A stretch of DNA of 64,000 nt from Lepidodermella squamata (Eukaryota; Animalia; Gastrotricha), in contig JBLDXI010000001.1 of the NCBI GenBank assembly GCA_047495785.1, forward strand, positions 1,612,001-1,676,000. The letters run 5' to 3'. This document shows positions 35,380 through 48,820 of this stretch, piece after piece. The notes beneath the pieces were generated by a model. The model had not been told where the DNA came from. It ran no database searches and saw only the letters and a program-made list of their open reading frames with translations. The position numbers and the translations under genes were made by a program. Position 1 is the stretch's first letter. Each line of letters starts with the position of its first letter.

Positions 35380-37537
35380 CACTCTCTCGCGGCAATCGCC
35401 GCTTTCTAATCTAAAAATTTCCCAATATATTTATATATAGTTTCGACTCAAGTTTACAGCTGCGTTTCACGTTTCCAAAATCGTTATATTTTGACAGTTA
35501 TCAATAAGAAATAAATCGGCTTATTTTTTCAACGTGAAGTGCGAAGTGTTTTTACTCGATTATGGCTCGATCGATGCAAAACAAAGATCGTTATAGTTTA
35601 ACTCAATTTCTTACACGCATCTGATGTTTTATTGACGTTAGCCGCCCGACAATATATTATTATATCGGTCGCGCGAAAGGTAAAAAGTAAATAAAGCGCT
35701 GAATTAAGGCCGCAGAGCGCTTCCGCTAAAAATGGCCATTCGCTTTAATATTTCGCGTTTAAACACTAGTAAATATTCTATAAACCGCCGGTTCGTCCCA
35801 GCCACCAGTCGAGTATGAGTTAATTGAAGTACGCGTTTGTATTATATACCTATTATTTTTAAATAATATTACAGAACGCGGCATGTCCCGTAGAAAAATT
35901 GCGTTGCATGGTATAAAAAGTAAATAACAACAAGGACTATAAAATTTGCATTGATTGAATGCCGCGTGCTCCTATGTATGGATGCGCCGCACCTTAAGAG
36001 CCATGGCCGTAATAATAAAACGAGCAGGCCGCGCCTTGTCGTTGTCGTTTCGCCGCGCGCAATCAACACGTGTCATGTTGCGCGCAAAATATGTTTTGCG
36101 AAAAATAACGCCTCGCTTTGAACGAAAGATGCGCAATAGCAGGTATTTATTTTTTACACACATGCTGCGATTTTTGGTGTTTTTGTTTATTTTATACAAT
36201 AAACGTGTTTTGAGCAGCAGAGTGCACTCGCGTATTCGATCCTCCTCAAAAAAGGAGGGCTCTCTTACATCCAGTAGAGCGAAGTACAGGTAAATAATAA
36301 ATTATTCCGAATTAGGACAAATACTACTATCATTCGCTCCCCTTTTATTGATAGAATGGGCATAAGGTATTTTTACTGCAAATTAATTCTTTGCAAATAT
36401 GCAAAGGACTTGCGCGATGATTCTATTTTACGATAATTTTCTTGATAAATGGGAAATAAAAATTGTCCACTTACATTTTTGCCATTTTACAGGATATTTG
36501 TTGTCCTTTTTTTTAATTGCGCATTGTTTATTTACCTAATTTTCAGCGGACTGTTTTGCAAGTTTTTACACGCTCCTGTTTGTGTTTTACCTGTCATCAC
36601 TAATTAGTCACCGTAAGCGTTACAAGTATATCAAGATGAATGTTTGCCCCGCTTTTGTCAAAATATGCCGACTATACTGGACAACTGCGAGTTGGATATG
36701 AAATGCATAATTTTAGCAAACATTCGCTCACGAAATTAGGTGTCATGAAAAACGGAAACTTGGGTTTTGAAATTTCAATTTTTTTAAACCGGAACTTTGA
36801 AAATATTTAGATTTGTTGTTAGCGATTTCACGTGTTATAAGCGGATTACTAACGAAACATTTGTGAAAAATTAAGGATTAGGGCAATTTATTACCTTTTA
36901 ATGACCCTAAAATAATGAATACACTTCAGAGTTGAAATTTTTTATTCCTAAGGATTGAGTTCAGGCATGTGTTTACTAAGGCGCGATGATTGCGCGAGGA
37001 GATGGGATCCCATCAATCTCATAATTTGCTCACATGTTTTTCATTCAACGTTCTCATTTCAAAGAAAGAATTTATTGCTTTCAATAATTGCAACGTGAGA
37101 GTTAAGGAAGTGCATTTTCACCCGACCAAAGTAGGGCAGAAAAATAGCACATCGCGGTACAGTTTTATTTGTCAACAAAATATATAGGAAATGCTTATTA
37201 AAGTCGAACTAATTGGCCGATAATATTACGTTTGCTGATATTTTGTTGCAATTTTTAGAAGTTTTCAATGGTGTTATTTTGTGGCGGCCTGTAATCGAAT
37301 ATTTCCTCAGTATCGCCGAACTGCTAGCTAATACCTGGCCCTCGATAATAATGCGCCGGAAAAGGTGAGGCCATTTCTTTGAGTTGTTATTCAACCTCAA
37401 TCTTAGTTCATGTATCAGTGCGAAAAAATATTCTAAAATGGCGATTATATTCTAGAAAAATTATTCCATTTTCATGATTTTAATTTCTTTCTTTTAATTT
37501 TCACAGAGCATTTTGATATGCCACATAATTTGTGACA

Positions 37538-39683
37538 ATGGGCTGGATTTTACTCGTTTCACTTGGCTTCGCATGTCTGGTTAGCGATTCCTTAGGACAA
37601 CGAACCAGTCTTGTTGTTCAAACAAAAACCGGCCCAATCAGAGGCCGTTTGGTATCGCTATCGCCAACACTTGAAGTCTACGAATTTCTCGGCATTCCTT
37701 TCGCTGAGCCGCCAATAGGCGAGCGCAGATTCCGTAAACCGGTACCCAAAACGCGATGGCAATCAACCCTAGAAGCGAATCGATGGCCGAATATTTGCAT
37801 GCAAACCGATTTAACTGCCTTAATGCCCAACATGCAAAATTTCTCTGCTGTAATAGCTCAATACCCGGTAAAGAATTTTTTATTTCAATTCCTTCGAATC
37901 ATTTTTTTAATTTTAGAAAGCGAAACAATCAGAAGATTGTTTATACCTGAATATTTGGACTCCGAAGGCGATGTTGGACAAACTTGAGACCACGGCTGAC
38001 GAGCCGCCTAAAACTCTAGCCGTCTTTACTTTCATTCACGGTGGCGGTTTCAGTGCCGGCGGGACATCTATGGACCTTCATAACGGCTCGGTTTTAGCCG
38101 CCTATAACAACATAGTAGTCGCAACAATCCAATACCGCCTCGGCTCGCTCGGTTTCGGCTACTACGGCACGGAAAAAATGCCGGGAAATATGGGTTTATG
38201 GGACCAGCTAGAGGCGCTGAAGTGGTTATGTGAAAATCTCGGCGTTTTCGGCGGAAATTGCAGTGAGCATACAATAGCCGGGCAAAGTGCTGGTGGTGCC
38301 TCGGTGACTTATCATCTGCTGTCTCCCCAAAGCCGGCGATACTTTAAACGCGCCATTGTCGAATCTGGCTCGGCTTTAGCCCCGTGGGCCTTTCATAAAC
38401 GCGACGTAGCAACCCTTGTAACAGACATGATTGCGGCTATTCACTGCAATCGAAGCGTTAATCGGCTTCCAGTCGATGAGAAAATCGATTGTTTGAGTCG
38501 AGCCCCGGCCCTTGCCTTCCCGAAAATCGACTTTGTCCCGGCGATGAGAGGATACGGCTTCGCGTTTGGTCCGGTTGTAGACGGCGAATTTTTACCCCGA
38601 GATCCGATGGATATGATCAAAAGCGGCGATTTTTACCAATGCCCTCTAATGATTGGCTTCAATAAGGATGAAGGGTCCATGTTTCTGATGATGGCTCCCT
38701 CTGTTATGCAGTTATTCCCAGTCCCGCCTTATGGCAATGACCGAAATTTGCTGAACCAGCTAAATTTCACGCATTATAAGGCTATATTAAAAGATGGCTT
38801 TTCAATGTTCGGCAGCGGGTCGAATCCTAATCCGATTTTCGATAACGCCGTACAACTTCATTACTGGCCGTCTTCGCACCCTGGTTACCCGTTCGGGCCG
38901 GAGGTTGCAACTGCCACAGTCCAGGCTTCGGGTGACTTTGCAATTACTTGCCCGACTGTCACGTGGCTGGAAACGGTGGCGCAGTTCGGTAAAATGGGCT
39001 CGCGCATCTACGCGTATTATTTCTCGCATCGGCGGTCAAACCACCCGTGGCCGCAATGGATGGGCGTGCCTCATGGAGACGAACTTCCGTAAATTTCCAT
39101 TTAATTTTTTAATTTGCTGAAAACTAAGAATCTTGAACTTCGATCAAAATTTAAAATTTAAAATTTTAATTCTTAAATTATAATTTTTAATTTTTTTATA
39201 CAGATTTGTTTTCGGTGAGCCCGTGGCATCTTACGCTCGAAGTTACGGGTATTCCTATGACGACAAAGTCTTCAGCCGAGTGATTATGGCTTTCTGGTCC
39301 AATTTTGTTAAAACTGGGTAGGTTCTTCAAAATTCACGTGGGTAACATTAATTATTCTGATTCTTTATCAGAGATCCAAACCTTCGAGACATTAGCACAA
39401 TGAACATTGGCTACGGCCCTCTACAGCATCGCCCATGGCCAGCTTTCACTGGGGACGAGTGCCAATCCCAGATAATGGAAATGAGCGCCCTAACGCAGGT
39501 ATACAACTACGGGCCAGGAATTATTTGCGGGCTGAAAGCTCGCGACTGCATGGTAAGGCGGAATAATTTTTTATCAAAAGATTTGAAATTTTTTGAAATT
39601 TTCAGTTCTGGTCAGAATTTGTGCCGAAAATGGAGCAAATTATGCCGAAGAAGATGAGCCGACCCTCTGACGACTACAGTTGA
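37538..39683 (+). CDS. Secreted AChE-like carboxylesterase CCE2 (5 exons)
   Basis: Signal peptide, SEDCLYLN across a splice, GQSAG, DEG, HGDE, and a terminal FWSEF exon. Confidence 0.9.
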
Positions 39684-40073
39684 ACTCGAAATCGACATCT
39701 AAACTATGAAAAAATCTCTGAATCTTCGCAAAGCTTTCTGCCGCACTCAGTTCGATAACAGTACAATGAAATGTGCCAAAAAATCATTTATTTTTCCTCC
39801 TGCGCGCGATATCTGTGAATGAGATCTACCTGTTTAATTTTCCTTCTTCATAATTATTTCTGTCCAACAGCTACATTATATAATAGCTATATTTTTCTAT
39901 CACTCACATGAAAAAAAAACTGCTTGTAAATATAATAAAGCGAGTAAAATTGAACTCTGTCAGTGCAAACGAGCGCGAATTCCGGAATTTTAATTAGCCC
40001 AGCTTAATAATTATACTCATGTACAACATATAACGTGATCACTATACAACGCTACACAGCATTCACCGGAACC

Positions 40074-41198
40074 ATGCCAGAAAATTTCAGTTTACTGATA
40101 CTTTTTTTCCTATTAACTGGATCATTCGCCTGCTTCAAAAAAGAAGACAAGGTAGGAATAGGTTTTCAATGATCAACAGGTGATTTTTCGATATTTTATT
40201 TCAAGAGGGATGATCGAAGACCTCCAGCTCCTTATGTTCCGGTGAGATTCGATTTTTTTATCATGATCAGTTCTCAATACCCCATTTTTATTTAGCCAGC
40301 GCCTGATAACAATGTGCCTCCTGTTACCAATTTAAACGTAGCAGATTTATACATGCAATTAAGCCGGGTGATTACAGAAAATCCGAATTACGAAGACGCC
40401 AGGCGATTGATTCAACAAATCGATCTAAGAACAGGCGGGCGATTCGATGCCAACTGGCATATGCCCGGTGTTTTCCAGTATTGCGATCACGAATTGAAAG
40501 ACGGAACCCTTCTTCATTTATCCGTACCCTGTCCTAGCAATCAGGCCGATCGGCTGAATATCGCGAAATTGTTCATCGAAAGAGGCGCTGATGTGAATCT
40601 TAAAGACGGAAAAGGCAACACGCCGCTGATTTTAAGCGCGAAGAAGGGCTATCTCCGTGGGTCGCAACTTTTGGTAGAACACGGCGCCGATCCTGATGAG
40701 AAGGACGAGGCGAGTTGGACACCCATACTACACGCCGCTAATTTGAATCACGTCGATTTAGTTCGATACCTTGCTAAGGTGTCTGCTAATGTGGATCATG
40801 GTGATTTCTACGGGACAACTGCTCTGATGTTTGCAGCATCTAACGGGCATATCGACAGCGTTCAAATTCTTGTCGATAGCTCGGCTGATGTCAATAAGCT
40901 GGATGCTAATCGTAAAACAGCCCTAATGTGGGCCGCGGCTATGGGACATTCAAGTATTGTTCGGTATTTAGCGAACAAAGGCGCTGATGTCAACGTGAAG
41001 GACGGCGCTGGTCGAAATGCTTTCCTGTTATCGGCGAAATACCTCGATCTAGTGCGATTTTTCATCGAAGAACTTGGCTTCGATCCAAATCAGACCGACA
41101 ATTACAAGCAGAATATAGCTTACATGGCAACTGCTAATGGCTATAAAGACGTTATGGACTATCTTGTTGACAAGGGCTACGTTGATAGAGAATATTAA
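40074..41198 (+). CDS. Signal-peptide ankyrin-repeat protein ANK1; exons 40074-40151, 40206-40241, 40296-41198
   Basis: Exon 1 MPENFSLLILFFLLTGSFACFKKEDK joins in phase 0 to ~7 ankyrin repeats (GNTPLI, WTPILHAA, GTTALMFAA, KTALMWAA). Confidence 0.8.
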
Positions 41199-41720
41199 AT
41201 CATCCTGCTAATTTTTATTCTCCTTAGCTGATTTCATCTTTCAGATGCACTGAGCGTGAAAAAAATCAAAATAAAGCAGGCGAATTTGTTGCCTTGACAA
41301 CGGCCCGAATGAGTGCACTTCGAGTAGAGACGCCGAGGACCCTTGAGGTTAGGCGAACAAAAGATTGGGTATCCAGGTAATAAATATCAGAGATCTCTTA
41401 TGAATGAATAAAGGCCAGGAAGTGCATGGTCCTTATGCTGTCGCCTGGTACACAAACTATTCTACTGCTAATGTAGATCATTTTATTATTTCAAATTGAT
41501 TTCGCGGATTTTTAACTTTTGCTACTTCACCTATTTTTCGGGTATAGACCGGAAAAAGCAGGACCCACAAATAATTTGGCCAATCACTATAATATTTTGC
41601 TATTTTTGTTTGCGCGCACATAAGGGCGACTTCCTGCAAAACTTCACGCCGTTATTCGATACATACATGAGCTATTTTTCCTATATTATAGACCAATGAT
41701 TTTTTGATTTGACGACCAGC

Positions 41721-44444
41721 ATGATTTTATCAGTAGTTTTGGTCGCATGTTGCGCGGTCTTGATCCAAGCCCAAGACAGCCCTGTTGTTAGGACAAAATC
41801 AGGACCAGTCCGGGGTAGAATTGTTCAACTTCGAGATGCTCGCCAGGACGTTTACGAATTCATCGGAATTCCTTTCGCTGAACCGCCGACTGGAGATCGG
41901 CGCCTTAGGAAACCCGTACCTAAAGCAGCCTGGTCTTCTACGTTAAACGCAACTCAACCTCCAAATGCTTGTATGCAAAAGCAGTACGGCAATATTTTCT
42001 TCAATTCAACCTCAGACACCCTGCGACCAGGGGTGTCCCGCTCGGAGGATTGCCTCTACCTTAATATCTGGGTCCCAAAACCCGCAATGGACGCGTTTGC
42101 TGGAAACACCTCGAAGAAACTCCTGCCAGTATTCACCTTTATCCATGGCGGGGCTTTCATATCCGGAGCTTCCATGATCACTACCTACAACGGGACGATG
42201 TTGAGTGGCTATAACAACATTATAGTCGCTACAATCCAATACCGACTTGGCCGATTTGGGTTCACGTACATTAACGGCGCTGGGAATGAATCAGTCAGCA
42301 ATCTAGGTCTATGGGACCAGTTGGAGGCTATGAAGTGGATCTCTGAGAATATCGCTTCATTCGTCGGAAATTCGAGTGAAATCACGTTGGGTGGCGAAAG
42401 TGCCGGGGCAGCTTCAGTCTCGTTTCATGTTCTATCACCTTATTCGAGGCGATTCTTCCAACGAGCCATAATGCAATCAGGCTCGGCTTTGTCTCCCTGG
42501 GCGTATCAAATGCCGAAAGATGCGGATGACATGAATAACTTGGTCCTGCAAAAACTGGTTAGCATGAAAAAATGCAACGGTACTTTCAATAACCGAACTA
42601 CTCCAGCGGTTAAATTACGATGCTTGAGGAGCGTTGCGGCAACTGACCTTCTCGACATGGACGACATGCTGATTGCAGAAGGCTATGGGTATGGATCGTC
42701 TCCTGTGATTGACGGGGACTTCATTCCTATGCAGCCTGATGACATGCTTTCGGCTGGCAATTTTTCTAAAATTCCTATTCTCGTTGGAGCTAATAGGGAG
42801 GAAGGTTCTTGGTTGCTTCTCATGAATGATGATGTAGGTTTCAATAGAAGAAAAAGTGTAAAAATTAAAGTTTAACGAAAGTAATTATAGGACATAGGAT
42901 GTCTAAGTATACTGAATACGTTCATTGTTCGGGCTCATAATTTTCGAAATTTTTACCGAATTTCACTTTTGAATTTCCAATTTGTAAATGCGCTGAGTGG
43001 TCAATTCATTTATGATTTGAAAAATTAAAAAATTGAAATTAAAAAAAATTTGAAATTTTGAAAAAAATGGATTTTTTTGAATTTTTGCCCTAGTTTATAG
43101 GTATATAGGATATAGTATATAGGAGAAACACGCCAAGGGACCATTTAAAAGCTGCCCGAACGAAAATGTATACATTATTTCTCGGGTATTTCTGCCATTA
43201 ATTTGACATTTCCAAAAAATCCCTGAACAGTATCAGTAAAAAACCCTAAAATAAAAATAGCCAGAAATCTCTAAACATGTCCGAGGCTATCGAGTTCAGG
43301 GCGTTTTTAGGGGTTTTTGATTATTTTTCAGGGATTTTTGGGAAATTTCAAATTAATGGCAGAAATACCCGGAAATTTTTTTGAGAATTTTCGCAAAAAC
43401 GGAATTTAAATTGGTTTTCTTGGGTGGCGTCTAATATTATTACCATGATCGTTCCAGTTTCTTCAGAAAAATGATGAAAAAATGCACAAATCCTTACCGA
43501 TTGTTTCACAGATTTTGCTATTTTCCCTGCAGCTAAAGGAATTTTATTATATTCAATATCTAATTTCAGGTAGGAGACATGCTTCCAACCCAGGACAATC
43601 CTGACATGAGCCTTGACGGGTTAAACTCAACGCACTACAACCAGCTTCTAGCAATGGCTTACGATGTTTCAAGCGGTTTCGACACCAGCAACGTCAGCGC
43701 CATGGTCCCTGAAGCAATCGGAATCACCTACTGGCCGATGAAACACGAAGGCTACCCTGTCGGGCGAGAAGTCATAGATGCAGTGGTTCAGGCTTCAGGC
43801 GACTACGCTTTCACATGCCCGACCTTCTCATTCGTTGATATGGCGACAGATTTTTTGGACAACAACACGACTAAAGCTTTTGCGTACCATTTCACGCAAC
43901 GAACTTCGATTTCACCCTTCCCGCAATGGTTTGGGGTTATGCATGGCGACGAACTGCCCTACATTTTCGGCGACCTATTCCAGCCCTACTCTCAGGATGT
44001 CGGCTTTTCTTCTGACGAAAAGCTTCTCAGCAAAGTTATGATGGATTTCTGGGGCAAATTTATCAAGTTTGGGTGAGTGCCGAATTTTTTTAATAAAAAT
44101 TGGACTGATCCTGGTTTTCAGGGATCCTAATGTTCGAGATCCATCTTGGGGCTGCGATTTGACGATGCGAGCACCTATGGGCCCAAGTGCCTGCCACAGG
44201 CGGCCTTGGCCAACCTATTCAGGATCGAAAGATTGCTCATCGCAGATTTTCGAGCTGAACGTCCTAACACAAGTTTTCAACTACGGAAATCCAGTTGGGT
44301 GTAACTTGAAAGCGCGAAATTGCTTGGTAATATTTTCGAGTAAAATAAATATGCAAAAAACTCGAATTTTTCTCTGTTTAGTTTTGGTCCGATTTCCTGC
44401 CAAAGTTGCTCGCATCCACTTATGATGACAACAATGACGATTGA
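41721..44444 (+). CDS. Secreted AChE-like carboxylesterase CCE3; exons 41721-42833, 43570-44072, 44122-44326, 44382-44444
   Basis: Signal peptide, SEDCLYLNIW, HGGAF, GESAG, EEG and HGDE. Confidence 0.9.
43129..43426. mobile_element. MITE with long imperfect TIRs (CAC...GTG ends) in intron 1 of CCE3
   Basis: CACGCCAAG..cgggtatttctgccattaatttga..aaaaatccctgaa is mirrored by ttcagggattttt..tcaaattaatggcagaaatacccg..CTTGGGTG. Confidence 0.75.
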
Positions 44445-44623
44445 ACAAAAACTGCCGAAGAAAATTAAAAATCACTCATTAACACCTCACCAAGCTTAGC
44501 AACAATAATTAGTGAATGTTATTATAGCATTTATTTTGTCTGGAAATTGAATAAAATAGAGACGAATTTTCTCGTAATATTATTTTTCTGTACCCTGACC
44601 ACTACCTGTCATTATTATTTTAG

Positions 44624-44837
44624 GTTATTTTAGGAAAAAAATACCGTAAATGCCCTGACACACATACCTATAGCTCTTTCAGAATTAATAGGACAGGAAT
44701 TAATCTGACAAAAAATTTCGCCGCCACTGTGAATTTAGTGCTTTTAACCGGCACTAATTTACATTCCTGTCCTATAAATTCTGAAAGGGCTAGGAATGTG
44801 TGTCAGGGCATTTACGGTATTTAGTTCCTAAAATAAC
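44624..44837. mobile_element. Foldback/MITE-like element with ~75-bp inverted arms, just upstream of ANK2
   Basis: gttattttaggaa..aaataccgtaaatgccctgacacaca..ctttcagaatt.ataggacaggaat is mirrored at 44763-44837. Confidence 0.8.
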
Positions 44838-44853
44838 TTTTATCTAAAGAGAA

Positions 44854-45901
44854 ATGGCAAAAAACTTGTTCTATACTGCTGTTCTCGTGCTCGCCTACGC
44901 TGGTTCAGCTGCCGCATGCTTTAAGAATTCTGTAAGAATTTTATTATTTACCTTTTTCTCTCACATTTTTTGTCTAAGAAATGACTGACACACAGGCTAA
45001 GCGAGGCGACCAAATTGAATCCCTATACCTGTCGCTTTTCGATGCCCTGGGCAAAAATCTCGATGCGACCAGTGCCAAGCTGATAATAGCCGAGATCGAT
45101 CAGGTCAGCGGTGGCAATTTCGACCCGAATTGGCGAAAACCCGGCGATGAAGAGTGGGAGTGGTGCTACTCCGGCCCTGATGATGGGTTCGCTATTATGG
45201 TCAAAAATGGCACCCTCCTCCACCGAGCCGTTCAATGCAAGGAGAAACCAGTTGATCGGCTCGAGATTACGAAACTTTTCCTTGGAAGAGGAGCCTCAAT
45301 TGACGCTAAAGAAAGCATGCACGAAAAGACTCCTTATATGACGGCGGTTCAAGCCGGAATTTTGGATGTTGTGAAAGAGCTTGTTGCACGTGGCTCCAAT
45401 CCAAATCAAGTTGATGGCCAGGGGAAAAACGCGTTGCTACACGCCTCTCAAAGAGCGAATCTCGACCTTGTGAAATATTTGGTTAGTTTGAAGGTGGATG
45501 TCAACCCGAAAGCAATCACTGAAGAAGCACCCCTTGATCCCGCGGCAACCTATGGCTATTTGGATGTTGTCAAGTTCCTAGTTGAAAATGGGGCTGTCAT
45601 CGACCGGAAAGATGAATACGGTAGCCGTGCCATCGGACGTGCAGTTATGAATGAACGCCTGGACGTGGTCAAATATTTGGTTCAGAAGGGTTCCAACGTT
45701 AACGGAGATAAGGCCTTGGGCATTGATCCTCTGCTCACGACGGCCATTCGCTACTTGGATATTACCAAGTACCTGGTGGAGGAAGCTGGAGCCGACATTA
45801 ACGCCAAAGATTCTGAGGGCAGATCGATCTTGCAAATGGCAATTATTTGGGACCGCAAAGGCGTCGTTGATTACCTGCGCGGAAAAGGAGCTAAGGAGTA
45901 A
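44854..45901 (+). CDS. Signal-peptide ankyrin-repeat protein ANK2; exons 44854-44931, 44996-45901
   Basis: Exon 1 MAKNLFYTAVLVLAYAGSAAACFKNS. The in-frame acceptor is at 44995 (the AG at 44978 would give a stop). It is paralogous to ANK1 (GGxFDxNW..PG..K.GTLLH). Confidence 0.8.
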
Positions 45902-46494
45902 AAACGCACTCCAGTAAAAAATGACCTCAGCTTATTCAGAAATAGCAATTTTTGTCTGTAATATTTTACAAAAAACCCAGCTTAATGAATTTAAAATCAT
46001 TATTTTTCCTGCCATTAAAACTAGTATAGCCGGTGCGGTTGCTTGAAAAATGAGTACTTTTCGATTATTTGTTATTGTTTACTTCTTCGAATCACTCTTA
46101 TGCGGGTTGAAACAGCTCCCAGTGAGACCTGCTGTCAAGGCACTCGAAATTTGCATTCGGAAAATCACCTGTAAACAATGTATAATATTATTGTCCGCGC
46201 GGCGCGGAATGAGGAAAAGCGACTTGAACCCGCCAGGGTATAATCACGACCTCGATAGGGCGGCGAAAAAAAAACAACCAGCCATACAATGGCGATCATC
46301 CGTGAAAAGTCGCTTATTTGATTGAGATGTCGTGACTCTTAGTCAAAATAAACAACGTGCGCGCATTTAGATGAGAGAGGTCAAAGCTATAAAAACTTGC
46401 TAAAAATCAATGCCCTGGATTATTACATTCACGCACACGATTATTTGATCCCGGTTAGCCTGTAGAACTCAAATTCAGGTTATCAGAACTAGTT

Positions 46495-48526
46495 ATGAAT
46501 TTCGCGACTTTCTTCATTGTTGTAGCCTTAGCTCTAGTCATAGAGGCTCAACGACCTGTGGTCCAGACTAAAAGTGGCCCGGTCAGAGGTCGAAAGATTG
46601 CCGTCACGCCGTCTCAGTTCGTCTACGAATTTCTCGGCATACCATTTGCTGAGCCACCAACAGGCGATCGTCGGTACAAAAAAACCGTGGCGAAATCTCC
46701 ATGGACTGAAACATTCGAAGCAAATCGCTGGCCAAAAGCTTGCATTCAACCTAAAGCTACCGGAGGGTCCATTTTCGATTCTCTCATGAACCCAGTAAGG
46801 CCATTAATCCCGTGTGCCTATCATTTTAATTGATTTGTAATTAGAATACTGAGCTGTCAGAAGACTGTTTGTACTTGAACATCTGGGTGCCTGTGGCTGC
46901 GTTAGACAAGCTATCTAATCCAAGCAACGATCCTATCCCGAAAAAGCAAGCGGCTCTCACTTTTATCCATGGAGGTGCATTTTCAGCCGGGGCTACCTCG
47001 ATTGACATGTACAATGGAAGCGTCTTAGCCGCTTACAACAACCTCATCGTGTCGACAGTCCAGTACCGCCTCGGCTCACTCGGTTTCGCATATGACGGCA
47101 CTGAGAACATGCCAGGCAACATGGGTCTGTGGGACCAGATGGAGGGATTGAAATGGGTCTGCGAAAATCTCCCAGTTTTCGGCGGGAACTGCAGCGATCA
47201 TGCTATTTCTGGCGAAAGTGCTGGCGCTGCGTCGGTCTCGTTACACCTGCTGTCCCCGCAAAGTCGTCGCTACTTCAAAAGAGCGATAATTGAGTCTGGC
47301 ACTGGTATGGCTGCTTGGGCAATCCATGCACCGGAGGTAGCTCGAGCTGTTACAGACATCGCTGCATCTGTTCTTTGCAATCAAACTTCGAATAGACTCA
47401 ACTGCTTGCGACGAGCTGCGGCTACTTCGATCCCATTGGCGGATATGGTCCCAATGGCTCGCGGGTTCGGCATACCCTTTGTCCCTGTCATCGACGGCGA
47501 CTTTGTCCCTCGCAACCCCTTAGATATGGTCAAATCAGGCGATTTCTACCGTTGCCCTCTTCTAATCGGGGCGAATAAGGATGAAGGATCGATTTTTCTG
47601 CTATCAAGCCCAGGCGTTTCAGATATCCTATCTTTCAGTCTCAACGATAAAGCTCTGGACGATTTAAACTATACCCATTACCAAACGTTGATAAAAGCTG
47701 GTACAGGGTCAATCACCCCAGCTGTGAACAATCCATTACTTAGCACTGCTGTCGAGCTTCACTACTGGCCGACTACTCACGACGGGTTTCCAGCTGGTAA
47801 AGAAATCGTGAATGCTGTTTCTCAAGCCGTTGGAGACTTTTCACTGTTGTGTCCTACCTACAGTTGGGCAAAGTTAGCCTCGAAGTTCGGAGATATGGGA
47901 TCACAGATCTACGCCTATTTCTTCACTCAACGTAACATGGGCCTCCCCTTACCAGCTTGGATGGGCGTTATCCATGGTGCAGAACTTCCTTACGTTTTCG
48001 GTCATCCTTTCCTTGGTAATACCAGCATGTTTGGCTATTCCTATGACGACAAAGTCTTCAGTCGGGTTCTGATGACTCAGGTGGCGAATTTCGTTAAATA
48101 TGGGTTTGAAGAGTGTTTTAGCTATTGAGCGATTTGACCTAGTTTTTGGACATTTCAGAGATCCTAATGCGCGCGATGTTGATACTATCAATATTGGTTA
48201 CGGCTATTTCTCCGGGCCCTTGCAACAACGCCCATGGCCTAGTTTTGTCGATGTCCCTAATGACTGCTACAACCAAATCGCTGAGTTGAATTCCCGAGCT
48301 CAAGTTTACGCCCATGGCCCGGGCACGATTTGCAACTTGAAAGCTCGCGATTGCATGGTAAAAGAAAGAATGTCCATTTTCCAACTTAATGACCCACTTT
48401 TCCTTTCAGTTTTGGGATGAGTTTGCGCCGAAAATCGTGGCTGCTACCACTAGAACCACAGGTAAGGCATTCAATGTTTAGCCTGACAATTACTTACCTC
48501 AATTTTCCATTGCAGGAGACCAATAG
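46495..48526 (+). CDS. Secreted AChE-like carboxylesterase CCE4
   Basis: Signal peptide, SEDCLYLN, GESAG, DEG and HGAE. Confidence 0.9.
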
Positions 48527-48820
48527 ATGGTGAAACCTGAAAATGACCTATGCTGTGTAGTTTCGCGTTAATTTTCACTGCCTATTTAAATGTTGTGATC
48601 AAAAGAAATGATATCGCTTTTAGAAAGCTGTGATAGCCTAAAGTGCAATTCACTGGTGTTTCAGGAGTAGTTCTGAATAAAAGCTTTGCATTCACCTTTC
48701 CCTTTCCGATATAGCCAAAAAGCTCCCCAGATTCCCTATCGAATTTCGGACGATAAAGATAAGGCACAGCTGATAAGACAGTGCTGTGGCCATATCAAAA
48801 TATTAGTGCCGGATGTAAGA

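Noticed and set aside
35869-36293. Overlapping short ORFs and a CCTCCT-aaaa-AGGAGG hairpin (Helitron end?)
   Set aside because: No protein motifs or splice logic, and no correctly placed CTRR terminus.
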